From IMG/VR virus record IMGVR_UViG_3300047457_000500, positions 59,488-123,487 of that record: 64,000 bases of DNA; one strand, given 5' to 3'. The notes under the pieces were generated by a model, which made no database searches, was not told where the DNA came from, and saw only the letters and a list, made by a program, of their open reading frames with translations. Position numbers and translations under genes: made by a program. Position 1 is the stretch's first letter; the number at the start of each line of letters is the position of its first letter. This DNA is from a virus. Positions 1 through 9,273 of the stretch are shown in pieces.

Positions 1-1014
1 AAGGTATGTACCTTGACCTGAGAACTGTGTCCAATCTTGACCAGCAAAAGATGCTAAGTAATGATCAGACTGTACCCATGCTGTTGATGCATAGTTATTG
101 CCTTCCATTACGAAGACTGCTGCTCCTACTAATTCAGAGAAAGCGTCTGCATCTGCTGGGCGTGAAGCAACAAGTGTTGCTCCAGAAGCAGAAAGTTCCC
201 AGATACCATTTTCAGAATCAGTTGTTTGTCCTGTAAGAAGCAAACGATATCCAGCATCATTAATATCAAGTGGTGCGTGACCATCAATTACTGCACCTAC
301 AAAATCTCCTGCTACATTTACGTTAGATGTTGCAAGAAGATTTACTGCTGCCTTCCAGTTAAGACCAGATGAGAGACCATCTGCATATGCCTTAGCATTA
401 TTTTCTGCAGTAAGTGCTGCTGCATCTGCATAGTTGTTTGAACGAGTTACCTCAGCAGCAATTTCATCATCTGTGTAAGAGTTGGCATCTGCAAGTGCTG
501 CATTAGCCTTTGTTGTAGCATCTGATGCTGCATCTGCAATTGCATCATTCTTAGCAAGAAGAATTGCTGCATCACGAGCAATTACTTCGTCAGAGATTTC
601 TCCGTCTGTGTATTGCTGTGCTGCAAGAATTGCATCTGCCTCAGCATCTGCTGCTGCACCAATTGTATCCCACAAACCAGTGTTTGCAGTTACTGCTCTT
701 GCATCTGTAAAATATTTATTTGATGCACCTTCTGAAAGGTCATCTGTATCATGGTTTGAAAGTGAAGAAACTGTACCAGTTACATCACCAACAAGGTCTG
801 CTGTTATTGTTCCAGCAGCAAAGTTGCCTGAGCCATCACGCTTTACAACTGTGTTTGGTGTATTTGCTGAATCTGAGGATCCACCAATGAGACCAATAAT
901 ATAATCTTGGTCGTCTTCCTTCTTTGTAAGAATGTCAAAATTGTCGATGGTACCTGTTGTGCCTTCAACAATAAGACCATGCTTTACTTTAAAGTCTTTA
1001 TTTACTGTTGCCAT
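1..1014 (-). CDS. Tail fibre/virion structural protein, partial (runs off the left edge)
   Basis: Manually translated from ATG at 1014 (MATVNKDFKVKHGLIVEG...NTVVKRDGSGNFAAGTITADLVGDVTG), with Ala-rich repeats and an upstream AAGGAG. Absent from the ORF track because it lacks a stop in the window. Confidence 0.75.
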   Translation of the reverse strand, partial: MATVNKDFKVKHGLIVEGTTGTIDNFDILTKKEDDQDYIIGLIGGSSDSANTPNTVVKRDGSGNFAAGTITADLVGDVTGTVSSLSNHDTDDLSEGASNKYFTDARAVTANTGLWDTIGAAADAEADAILAAQQYTDGEISDEVIARDAAILLAKNDAIADAASDATTKANAALADANSYTDDEIAAEVTRSNNYADAAALTAENNAKAYADGLSSGLNWKAAVNLLATSNVNVAGDFVGAVIDGHAPLDINDAGYRLLLTGQTTDSENGIWELSASGATLVASRPADADAFSELVGAAVFVMEGNNYASTAWVQSDHYLASFAGQDWTQFSGQGTYL

Positions 1015-1029
1015 TTATTATCTCCTTGT

Positions 1030-1476
1030 TTATGCCTTAAGTCCAATTCGTGCGTAACGAACTGTGACTGGCTTAATTGTTGGGTCTGGTGTAACAGTTA
1101 ATGAAACTGTATTACCTACCCTAGAGACGCTAACGGTGCCAATATTCCCATCATTGTCTATTGTGCCATATTCAGAGACGTTTACATTTGTACCGTCTAC
1201 CAAAATGGTCAACTCTGTTGCGTAAAATTTGTTATCTCCTGCAGTTACTTTTGCAATAGAAACAAGATACTTAACCATACGCCATTCTGTGGCGTCAAAA
1301 TTGTCAATCACAGTAGCATTTTCAATGCCAGAGATTGTGTTTTCATTATTACCCATTGAACCAAGATCTGTTGAACGGGCTGAGGCTGAATCAATTAAAT
1401 CCTCATAGTCCTGCTGTGTGGGACGATCACCAGTTTGAAATTTTGTTTTCAATGTTGGAATTGATATTTTTGCCAT
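1030..1476 (-). CDS. Virion/tail-associated protein
   Basis: N-terminal KFQTGDRPTQQDYEDLIDS motif is typical of phage tail proteins; lies in the structural module. Confidence 0.6.
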   Translation of the reverse strand: MAKISIPTLKTKFQTGDRPTQQDYEDLIDSASARSTDLGSMGNNENTISGIENATVIDNFDATEWRMVKYLVSIAKVTAGDNKFYATELTILVDGTNVNVSEYGTIDNDGNIGTVSVSRVGNTVSLTVTPDPTIKPVTVRYARIGLKA

Positions 1477-1504
1477 GGCCTTATTATAACTCCTTTTTTA
1501 TATT

Positions 1505-1726
1505 TTAAAGAATCCAGTTGCTAAAACCAATAACTTGTAGTGGAATTGGTGGCGGATTAGAAGAACTGTACCCTTCAATATTTATAGATTTAAACCTTAC
1601 CCTAAAGGGCAAGTCATGTTTGATTGTTGCTGTTGGAGCAATTAGGTTTATTTGTTTTACAGAATAGTCAAGTGGTTTAATGTATTTGGTTTTATGTTGT
1701 ATGGTTGATAGTGTTGCTCTTGCCAT
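1505..1726 (-). CDS. Hypothetical structural-module protein
   Basis: Start/stop-coupled with the neighbouring gene (TAATG overlap). Confidence 0.6.
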   Translation of the reverse strand: MARATLSTIQHKTKYIKPLDYSVKQINLIAPTATIKHDLPFRVRFKSINIEGYSSSNPPPIPLQVIGFSNWIL

Positions 1727-2130
1727 TAATCAGTTACATCTTCAAGTATCTTCATGCTACCCTGACAAACTGTCCAGACTCTTGTAGCATCAGATAATTG
1801 AATATCAAAGATGTCCCCTGTTTCTAAAATTACTGATTGATCTGAAGTTAACCAAACAGTAAACTCTCCAACCAAATCATCAGCGTCTGCTTCTGGATTT
1901 AATTCCATAACTAATGTGGCGTCGTCCGTAATAACTCCAAGGTCTGATGTATTGTTAGGTCTTTTAATTTTCATATTAATATTCCAATCTGGAATAATTA
2001 ATGGTTCTCCAGCATCATCAACAACATAAACTTTAAAACCAGATGTATCTCCACGAACAACAGTCCAAATAACTGTAGGTGGTTTTTCACCTATATCATA
2101 AGAAGAAGCGGATCCACGAAAATTTGCCAT
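1726..2130 (-). CDS. Tail/baseplate-like protein (VVRGDT family)
   Basis: Shares a WxVVRGDT or YYKGDT start and a terminal GxI/MxV motif with 6363..6761 and 8597..8983; extended -10 immediately upstream. Confidence 0.6.
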   Translation of the reverse strand: MANFRGSASSYDIGEKPPTVIWTVVRGDTSGFKVYVVDDAGEPLIIPDWNINMKIKRPNNTSDLGVITDDATLVMELNPEADADDLVGEFTVWLTSDQSVILETGDIFDIQLSDATRVWTVCQGSMKILEDVTD

Positions 2131-2147
2131 GTTGTGATTATATCATA

Positions 2148-2714
2148 TTAGGCTAATCCAGCCTTCAATGCTCCCCAAGTTCCATTTCCTTTTGCTTGTA
2201 TAACTATTACTCCATCATTAACGGATGATAGTCCAACTACCCCGATTACTCCGCCAGTTGCAGTTGTTGTTAAGGCTCCAGAAGAATTTACATATAATAA
2301 ATCACCTGCTTGAAATGATGAAGTATTTATTCCTGGTCCAGATAAAACTCCAGAAACTACTACCTCTCCAATTCCTCCATTTGCAGTTATCTCTGTTTTA
2401 GTTAATCCTAAAAACGGATAATTATCTGAAAGTTCTGAAGTAAAAGGTTTAATAACTGTTCTACCGTCATGCTGTCCTCTTTCCTGATTTAATTCAGGAT
2501 TAAACCAAGTCGCTGCATATACTGGTCTACCAGCGCCAATATTATCTTGTGTTTTATTAATAACTTTAACTCTAACATTAGATACATCTAAAGATTGTAG
2601 GGCTGAATCAACAGAGTCTGCTAATTTTTTAATATCATTATGAACATTTACAGAATCTGTTGCTTCTGGAAACTTTAAACCATAATTATCTGTTATATCG
2701 GCCATAGAAAACAA
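2148..2714 (-). CDS. Tail fibre-like protein
   Basis: N-terminal TDNYGLKFP...DIKKLADSVD resembles actinophage minor tail proteins. The true start may be 2705. Confidence 0.55.
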   Translation of the reverse strand: MFSMADITDNYGLKFPEATDSVNVHNDIKKLADSVDSALQSLDVSNVRVKVINKTQDNIGAGRPVYAATWFNPELNQERGQHDGRTVIKPFTSELSDNYPFLGLTKTEITANGGIGEVVVSGVLSGPGINTSSFQAGDLLYVNSSGALTTTATGGVIGVVGLSSVNDGVIVIQAKGNGTWGALKAGLA

Positions 2715-2726
2715 TTATATCATTAT

Positions 2727-2756
2727 TTGACTAAATGGCCTAAATTGTGTTATACT
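2727..2756 (+). promoter_or_regulatory. SigA-type promoter (TTGACT-N18-TATACT) for the lysozyme-like gene
   Basis: Near-consensus -35 and -10 boxes; a short 5' hairpin (atggcacc/ggtgtcat) and AAGGAGG RBS follow. Confidence 0.6.
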
Positions 2757-2810
2757 AGGAAGTAATATGGCACCCCTAAAAAGGTGTCATTCGTTTCTAA
2801 GGAGGAAACT

Positions 2811-3374
2811 ATGATTACTTTTATGAATAATAACAAGAATATCATTGGCACACTCAGCATATTGGCTATGTTTTCCGTTTGGTCAAACGTGGCTAATGCT
2901 TCTGAAAACCGATTAGACGATAGTAAACCTATCGTGCTTGAAGAAATAGTAGAGGCCACGCAAGTGGCCAAAAGTGTTTCTGAGGCTAAAGAAGATCAGT
3001 TAGAAAAATACAAAAATGCTGTAAATCTATCTGACAAAGACCTTAAAAATCTACTACGTTTAGTAGGGTTTGAAGGTCAAAAACTAAAGGAGGCTTGGGC
3101 TATTGCTAAAAAAGAATCTGGCGGTAGACCAATGGCGCTAAACCTTAGTAAAAGAACTGGAGATAGTTCTTATGGCTTATTTCAAATAAATATGATTGGC
3201 GACCTTGGTCCTGAGCGTAGAGATAAGTTTAAGTTAGAATCAAACTATGAGTTATTTAATCCAGTATTGAATGCTCAAGTTGCGTTTCATATGTCTAACG
3301 GTGGTGAAAATTGGATTGCCTGGAAAGGTATCACCCCAAGAACACAAGAGTGGTTAAATAAATTTCCACATTAA
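2811..3374 (+). CDS. Secreted lysozyme-like/SLT transglycosylase
   Basis: AWAIAKKES catalytic Glu, YGLFQIN and terminal W..W motifs; N-terminal hydrophobic signal; RBS supports the 2811 start. Confidence 0.8.
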   Translation: MITFMNNNKNIIGTLSILAMFSVWSNVANASENRLDDSKPIVLEEIVEATQVAKSVSEAKEDQLEKYKNAVNLSDKDLKNLLRLVGFEGQKLKEAWAIAKKESGGRPMALNLSKRTGDSSYGLFQINMIGDLGPERRDKFKLESNYELFNPVLNAQVAFHMSNGGENWIAWKGITPRTQEWLNKFPH

Positions 3375-3383
3375 TTAAATGTT

Positions 3384-4103
3384 TTATCCCCAAGGGGCAA
3401 AGTTAAATGTTGCCTCTGGGGTAAAACTAAATACGCTAAACGATGATTCTGGGGTAAAACTAAATACGCTAAACGATGATTCTGGTGTAAATGAGAATAC
3501 AGAAAACGCTGGCATGAAGTTAAACGATGGTTCTGGCGTAAATGAAAATACTCCAAACGGAGAGAATCCGAATACGCCAAACGGTGGCATAAAGTTAAAC
3601 GATGGCTCTGGCGTAAATGAAAATACCCCAAATGGAGAAAAGCCAAACACGCCGAACGGTGGCATGAAGTTAAACGATGGTTCTGGAACAAATGAAAACA
3701 CGCCAAATGGAGAAAAGCCGAATACACCAAATGGTGGCATGAAGTTAAACGATGGTTCTGGAACAAACGAAAATACTCCGAATGGGGAAAAACCAAAAAC
3801 GCCAAATGGGGAAAAACCAAAAACGCCAAATGGAGAAAAACCAAAAACACCAAATGGTGTAAATGCAAATGAATGAATCTTATAATTAACAGTGCTTTCA
3901 TAATCTAGCAATGTATTTGCAGGAACATCTTGTGATTTTACTAAACCAGTAAGTGCTTCGTTGTCTTGAACTTCTTCTGTTTCGGTACCATATTTAAACC
4001 CTGCATTTTGAAGAGATGTTCTTGCTTGAAGTTTTGTTAAGCCAATTAAATTAGGAACCGCATTCATTCCTTTTGCAAAAAATGCCCATAATGAATTTAA
4101 CAT
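3384..4103 (-). CDS. PASTA-domain protein with a C-terminal Phe/Pro-rich repeat
   Basis: VPNLIGLT..A...LQNAGF...G.V.SQ..PA PASTA pattern; repeat units vary synonymously in this frame. Confidence 0.75.
   Translation of the reverse strand: MLNSLWAFFAKGMNAVPNLIGLTKLQARTSLQNAGFKYGTETEEVQDNEALTGLVKSQDVPANTLLDYESTVNYKIHSFAFTPFGVFGFSPFGVFGFSPFGVFGFSPFGVFSFVPEPSFNFMPPFGVFGFSPFGVFSFVPEPSFNFMPPFGVFGFSPFGVFSFTPEPSFNFMPPFGVFGFSPFGVFSFTPEPSFNFMPAFSVFSFTPESSFSVFSFTPESSFSVFSFTPEATFNFAPWG
3390..3870 (-). repeat. Coding tandem repeat (FGVFGFSP / FGVFSFxPEPSFNFMPP / FSVFSFTPESS)
   Basis: 24-, 33- and 51-nt units are visible in the DNA, with a 75-nt higher-order period. Confidence 0.9.
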
Positions 4104-4110
4104 TTTATGC

Positions 4111-4743
4111 CTACACCGTCAAATCGCCGATTAACACCCAGGTGTCTGTTGCATATTTTATTAAAGTAGCGCCAGCATACCTTGCAGCAATCTTCTTATT
4201 AGAATTTTTGCTGTTAATTATAACATCCACTGTAGCACCAGAGAAAGTTACATTCCCAGATCCTACCCTAATAACATCTATTCTTTGTCCTATTTCAAAA
4301 GGAACTGATGAGTTTAACGGTACAGTTACTGTTGTATCAGAACCAGAATTAATAGTTACTGTTTTACCAGCATCTCCCAAAACAAGGGTGTAGTTAGATG
4401 TTTTTTCATTAAATATAACACTATCAAGTAATCCTACCCACTTAGTTCCATTATAATATTGAAGTTGACTTATATCTGTACCGCCATTAGTCTGCTCTAC
4501 AAAACATACAGTTCCTTCTGTTGGAGAAGTTATTGCTGCATCTCTAGCAGTAGGGTTTTGAAATATATTTACTCCACCTTTTGCCTTTATAACATCATTT
4601 GCTGTTACTGTAGATCCAAAAATATGAGCCTGTGTCCATGTGTATGGAACATTAGTATTTGCTACACCAGCAATCGCATACCATTTATTATCTCCAGCGT
4701 CATACATGTATGCTACTTTGCTTTGAGGTGCAATTTGAGCCAT
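4111..4743 (-). CDS. Tail fibre-associated protein
   Basis: NPTARDAAITSPTEG and YTLVLGDAGK...WVLIGDL motifs are typical of phage fibre modules. Confidence 0.65.
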   Translation of the reverse strand: MAQIAPQSKVAYMYDAGDNKWYAIAGVANTNVPYTWTQAHIFGSTVTANDVIKAKGGVNIFQNPTARDAAITSPTEGTVCFVEQTNGGTDISQLQYYNGTKWVGLLDSVIFNEKTSNYTLVLGDAGKTVTINSGSDTTVTVPLNSSVPFEIGQRIDVIRVGSGNVTFSGATVDVIINSKNSNKKIAARYAGATLIKYATDTWVLIGDLTV

Positions 4744-4744
4744 A

Positions 4745-5782
4745 TTAGATCTCCTCCACTATGAAAGTATCAGAAGTTTCACCGATTCTTTGTGTTATTA
4801 CATTTGCAACATAACCATTTGGAGTAATATTAATTAATCTATATGTTATAACATCTCCAGTTGTTGCTCCATGTGTGTCTAGCCATTCAAAATGAGAACT
4901 TGTAAATTCTTTTGATACCAAGCCTACATTTATTGTTGAGTACGCACCAGCATTAATTTTTCTTTGCAAACCTAAAAATACCTCTTTGTTCGTATCTGTT
5001 GTTGGTCTACATACCCCTGTAAATGTTATCTTTGTTTTTGTAGAAGATGCACTTTTTGTTATTGATAACTCTAAGTCATCACCAGATATTGTTTTTAAAA
5101 CTTCGTCTTCGGCAACTCCATTAATATGTATTCCAATTAAACTTGTTTCTGCATAATCTCCAAAATAAATTGAGGATATATTTTTATTATTTTCATAATC
5201 TAGGTCTGTCCAAGAAACTCCAAGGGGTGCACTGGAGTCTGCCGTTAAAACTTTTCCATTGCTTCCAACTGTAAGTATTTCTGTAACTCCGCTTGAAGCA
5301 CCTACAATTAAATCACCTTTTGCTTCTGTGTATGTTCCGACTTTTACAAAACTAGAAGTGTCATAAACATATATATCTTTATTTTCAGAATCTTTATCTA
5401 TCCAAACAATTCCATTTGCTAAGTTTGTTGTTGGCGCTTCATTCTGATAAAGTGCAATTCCATATGTTGATTGTACAGTTGATCCACTTGAATCTGATGC
5501 CATGGCAATGTATCCATCTGTTGGCTGTGCTATTGCCTGTATTTGTGCAAGTGTTAAATAGTCAGACCCAATGCCCAACTCTTCCTGATCATCAACCCTG
5601 TTTTTTAGTTGTTGCAGATAGTATGCTATTGAAGGGTTTAAAAGTTGTTGAGGGTCTTCATTGGTAACATCATAGTTATAATTTCCATACAGGAATAACT
5701 TAAGCGCTGCTTGTATATCAGCCTTATCTTCATATCCTGGTTGCTTTGTATTCCACAAGCCACCAATGTCTTCTGCTGCCAC
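4745..5782 (-). CDS. Tail/virion protein
   Basis: AKGDLIVG..LTVGSNGKVLTADS fibre motif; GTG start with a GGGGTGA SD. Confidence 0.65.
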   Translation of the reverse strand: MAAEDIGGLWNTKQPGYEDKADIQAALKLFLYGNYNYDVTNEDPQQLLNPSIAYYLQQLKNRVDDQEELGIGSDYLTLAQIQAIAQPTDGYIAMASDSSGSTVQSTYGIALYQNEAPTTNLANGIVWIDKDSENKDIYVYDTSSFVKVGTYTEAKGDLIVGASSGVTEILTVGSNGKVLTADSSAPLGVSWTDLDYENNKNISSIYFGDYAETSLIGIHINGVAEDEVLKTISGDDLELSITKSASSTKTKITFTGVCRPTTDTNKEVFLGLQRKINAGAYSTINVGLVSKEFTSSHFEWLDTHGATTGDVITYRLINITPNGYVANVITQRIGETSDTFIVEEI

Positions 5783-5799
5783 TTAGATCACCCCCTTGA

Positions 5800-6363
5800 T
5801 TATACCACCGAAATATGCAGGTGGGCTGTTCTTGATTCAGATATATCTACCCAAGAACTTCCATCAAACTCCTTTGCATAAAATGTAATCTTTAAAACAT
5901 CTACAGACCCATCATTAATAATTTCTGTTTTTATTGAATTTGCAATAGGTCTTCCAGCAGATGTGGCTAATGTTGCCTGAACACTAAAGTTATCTACCCC
6001 AACATTACCAACATAGGAAGGGTCTTTGATAAAACTTATTGGAATGGTGCAATAATTTTGAGTTGGAAAACTAATTTCTTTTAACGTATCATAAGTATTT
6101 GGTATTAGTTTATTTAAAGGCTCCCACTGTGGAGTAGAACTTCCAAGACCATACGTGTACTGATACAGCATAAGATATTCTTCTGTATCGCTCTTTTGTA
6201 AATTTATGTATAAATCAAAAACATTTGGGTCTTGCCCTATATCTGTTACATCTGGTCTTCCATTACCTACAAAAATTAAACTTCCACGATCACCTTTATC
6301 GCCAAAATCAACTTCTACTTTTACAGTGTCTGGTCCGCCTAAAACTAATACATCGTCTGACAT
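5800..6363 (-). CDS. Virion structural protein
   Basis: Coupled to its neighbours in the structural operon. Confidence 0.55.
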   Translation of the reverse strand: MSDDVLVLGGPDTVKVEVDFGDKGDRGSLIFVGNGRPDVTDIGQDPNVFDLYINLQKSDTEEYLMLYQYTYGLGSSTPQWEPLNKLIPNTYDTLKEISFPTQNYCTIPISFIKDPSYVGNVGVDNFSVQATLATSAGRPIANSIKTEIINDGSVDVLKITFYAKEFDGSSWVDISESRTAHLHISVV

Positions 6364-6761
6364 TATTTATCTGCTACCTGTTCTGTAATACTTATAGTTC
6401 CAGTTAATAAAGTTAATACTTGTGGATAATCTACTCCTGGCTTTCTAACCTGTACATCGTATACATAATCCTTAGAAGCGTCCATTAGTAAACCATCTTC
6501 TGGTCTAATAGTACAAAGAACATAGTCTCCCTCGTCAGAAATTTTTGCTAAACACTTATGCCATCCTGGGGCTGTGCTTCCACCTCTTGTTTGTGCAAAT
6601 GCAAAAATAACTCCTTCTACTTCGCCAGTAGTCAAAGGATCATCTGGGATGTTATATGCTGTTAATGGAAACGGCAATCCGTCTGGTTTCTTAGGGTATA
6701 CACGAAATTCATAGGTGTCACCCTTATAATAATTTATGTTGTATGTTCCTGGAAATGCCAT
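6363..6761 (-). CDS. Tail/baseplate-like protein (YKGDT family)
   Basis: Paralogous pattern with 1726..2130 and 8597..8983; GAGGAGG RBS. Confidence 0.6.
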   Translation of the reverse strand: MAFPGTYNINYYKGDTYEFRVYPKKPDGLPFPLTAYNIPDDPLTTGEVEGVIFAFAQTRGGSTAPGWHKCLAKISDEGDYVLCTIRPEDGLLMDASKDYVYDVQVRKPGVDYPQVLTLLTGTISITEQVADK

Positions 6762-6777
6762 AGTTCCTCCTCGTAAA

Positions 6778-7497
6778 TTATATCACAGATACGTATATGG
6801 AATTCATAATTGCAGAAGCGTTATAGTCTGTTCTAATTTGCGGAATAGCACCAGAGTTCCACATAACGTTGTCCTCTATATAAAAGTTCTGAGTTACATA
6901 CATATTATATACATATTGATATTTTAATGATGCTACAAACTGGGATATTTCCGTATTTGATTTAGGGAAAAATGTTCTTATCCAAACCTCTGTGTTGTTA
7001 GATTCTGTTGTAAGTTCAAAATTATATGTTACAAATACCTGAGACCCTATCTTTAATCCATGAAAATTAAGCATTCTTTGATGCTCATTCCAAAGGCTTG
7101 TGCATCCCTCTGGCAGATATTTTTCATTTGTATTACTTCCTTTTGAATCTACCCATACATTTACCCACCCATCTTCTCCGTAATTAACTCCTAAGTCGAT
7201 AGGCTTTCTATTTTGATTAAAGTATGCTGCCCAGCCAGCCTGCTGACCAGAGGAGGATAACGAACTTAGACCATCCTTACCAGGTAGTCCTCTTTCGCCT
7301 TTAGGACCCTGAATGCCGTCTTTTCCAGCAGGACCCGTATCTCCTTTAGGACCCATAGGCCCCTGTGGCCCCATAGGCCCAGGAACAGGTACATAATTAA
7401 TTAATATATCAGTATTTGTTGTTTGAGTTTCTACAACTTGTGCAGCATAACTAGATTTTTTGCTGCCAGGGAAATCCATAGACTTAGAAACAGGCAT
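6778..7497 (-). CDS. Collagen-like virion protein
   Basis: Gly-X-Y run GPMGPQGPMGPKGDTGPAGKDG... Confidence 0.75.
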   Translation of the reverse strand: MPVSKSMDFPGSKKSSYAAQVVETQTTNTDILINYVPVPGPMGPQGPMGPKGDTGPAGKDGIQGPKGERGLPGKDGLSSLSSSGQQAGWAAYFNQNRKPIDLGVNYGEDGWVNVWVDSKGSNTNEKYLPEGCTSLWNEHQRMLNFHGLKIGSQVFVTYNFELTTESNNTEVWIRTFFPKSNTEISQFVASLKYQYVYNMYVTQNFYIEDNVMWNSGAIPQIRTDYNASAIMNSIYVSVI

Positions 7498-7514
7498 GGA
7501 GTTATTATCCCATA

Positions 7515-8225
7515 TTATTCACAAATATAAGAAAACGACATATGGAATTTATCGTCTGTATCTATACCAACGGGTGTATTATGATTAAATGTTTGATCTG
7601 CAGCACTGCTTCCTATTGCCCACACTGTAAACGTTGAAGAGTTATCAGACAAATGTCCTTTAAGACTATAGTGATCTGTTCCTTGGTTTGTAATTTTATG
7701 AACTGATCCACCATAAACATCTGTATGGTATTTAGAAGGGAAAGGAAGAGTAAGTGAATATTGTCCTGTTCCAAAATTAGTTACAGTAGTAAATAAAACA
7801 TCAATTTGCACAGTAACTAGATTTCCAATCTTAATGTATGATCCAGTTGCTGGTGTGTTATTAAAAGTTAATCCTGTACCGCTCCAAACTGGATTGTAAG
7901 AATTAATTGTTGTTGTTCCAGTGTCTAAGTTTGCATCTTGACCGTCTGCACCGTCTTGACCTGGTTCTGCAATTGTTGTCCAATAAGAAGTTCCTGGTGG
8001 ATATCCTGGATTTGGTTCTCCGACTCTGTAATAAGTTCCTCCAGCATATGTAACTACATCGCCAATATTGTAATCTGCTCCGTTATTATATTCACCAACA
8101 AAATTCCATAATGCGTCTGCACCATTAGCGCCTGCAGGACCTGGTTCTCCTTGTGGTCCTGGATCTCCTTGTGGACCAGTTCCTCCAGAACCTCCACCAA
8201 TACCAGGGTGTGTAAACCGTGCCAT
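7515..8225 (-). CDS. Collagen-like tail fibre protein with a short carbohydrate-binding-like module
   Basis: GPQGDPGPQGEPGPAG repeat, YNIGDVVTYAGGTY...W motif and a GSYIKIGNLV fibre-tip motif. Confidence 0.75.
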   Translation of the reverse strand: MARFTHPGIGGGSGGTGPQGDPGPQGEPGPAGANGADALWNFVGEYNNGADYNIGDVVTYAGGTYYRVGEPNPGYPPGTSYWTTIAEPGQDGADGQDANLDTGTTTINSYNPVWSGTGLTFNNTPATGSYIKIGNLVTVQIDVLFTTVTNFGTGQYSLTLPFPSKYHTDVYGGSVHKITNQGTDHYSLKGHLSDNSSTFTVWAIGSSAADQTFNHNTPVGIDTDDKFHMSFSYICE

Positions 8226-8506
8226 TAGTTCTGACTCTCTAATCCAGTCTGCATTACTGCCAAGTTCATTGTTGTTGATCCAATTGCATATAATGCATCA
8301 GCGCTTGGAAGTTCAAAAGATATTGAGTGGTTTGGCATAATTCTAAAACCATAATTAGTTGAAGAAACTGTATCATCTCCTCCAAGGTAAATGTACCCAG
8401 TGTCATTTACATTTTGAAGTGTTATGTCCATACCGCCATGTTTTCCATTTGGCGTAAGTCTTACTGGTGTTGCGCTTGTTAGTTCTACGATGGAGTGTTG
8501 TGCCAT
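8225..8506 (-). CDS. Small virion protein
   Basis: Coupled to its neighbours; ITLQN...IYLGG pattern. Confidence 0.55.
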   Translation of the reverse strand: MAQHSIVELTSATPVRLTPNGKHGGMDITLQNVNDTGYIYLGGDDTVSSTNYGFRIMPNHSISFELPSADALYAIGSTTMNLAVMQTGLESQN

Positions 8507-8507
8507 T

Positions 8508-8597
8508 TTATACCTTCCTTATCTTAAAAGTTTTTGAATTAATCTTAATAACTGGTGGTAGTTCTGTTCTTGGAGATGTGATTTTAATAACTGCCAT
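8508..8597 (-). CDS. Small hypothetical protein (29 aa, MAVIKITSPRTELPPVIKINSKTFKIRKV)
   Basis: Fills the gap exactly, with a TAATG overlap. Confidence 0.5.
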   Translation of the reverse strand: MAVIKITSPRTELPPVIKINSKTFKIRKV

Positions 8598-8983
8598 TAT
8601 AAACTCCCTGGAGTAATATCTCCCAAAACATAAATTGTTCCAATAACTGGAGTCCACACAGTGTCATTATCAATTATTACCTCAACATCAAATGGAAGTT
8701 CTGCAACTGTTGACTTATATCCGCTTCCCCAATTTTCTGTTGTTTCTGGATCTGCTTTTATGTCTACATAACCATCAGCGGCTTCACACTTTAAAGAATC
8801 TAATACATCTCCAAACTGATCGTAGGCCGTGCATCTATAGGTCCATCCGTCTGTGTTGTAATAGGTAACTTCGTCATCTTGATAAAACTCTACACGTAAT
8901 GTTGCTGTGTCTCCACGTACAACTCTCCACTGTATGTTTGCTGGATCAGCACCAAAAATTTCGGGAGCACATGGATTTGTCAT
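8597..8983 (-). CDS. Tail/baseplate-like protein (VVRGDT family)
   Basis: WRVVRGDT motif; leaderless promoter TGGTATAAT upstream. Confidence 0.6.
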   Translation of the reverse strand: MTNPCAPEIFGADPANIQWRVVRGDTATLRVEFYQDDEVTYYNTDGWTYRCTAYDQFGDVLDSLKCEAADGYVDIKADPETTENWGSGYKSTVAELPFDVEVIIDNDTVWTPVIGTIYVLGDITPGSL

Positions 8984-9012
8984 AATAGAAAGATTATACC
9001 ATCAAATATGGA

Positions 9013-9057
9013 CTTGCCCCAAGATCGGTGGGTATGAGAGACGGATCAAGGGGCAAG
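9013..9057 (-). ncRNA. Candidate small hairpin RNA with a 17-nt pyrimidine-rich loop
   Basis: Stem cttgcccc-aa-gatc / gatc-aa-ggggcaag; an extended -10 (TGATATACT, 9065-9073, minus strand) lies just upstream. Confidence 0.4.
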
Positions 9058-9273
9058 CATTAAAAGTATATCATAAAGGACAAAACGGACATTAGTTGTT
9101 TACGTCACAAATAGTTTATGGTATAGTACTTATAGGGTTTGTGGGGACTTTGCACTAGAGATATTATCTTCACTTCCACCATTAGATGTAACTAAAAAAT
9201 CTATGGGGGGAGGGGGGGACTTTCCCTAAAGATACTTACTATTATATAAAGAAAACAATGTTATAATCAATAT

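Noticed and set aside
6-1101. Plus-strand ORFs 6..236, 98..280, 482..904 and 907..1101
   Set aside because: Antisense shadows of the long minus-strand tail protein starting at 1014, which has the RBS and fibre motifs.
3390-3870. Possible CRISPR array
   Set aside because: The repeats are in-frame coding units without unique spacers, and there are no cas genes in the window.
3371-3901. Alternative repeat ORFs 3379..3876 (+, NTPNG repeats) and 3371..3901 (-, His/Leu-rich)
   Set aside because: Nucleotide differences between repeat units are synonymous mainly in the FGVFGF frame, which is also continuous with the PASTA domain.
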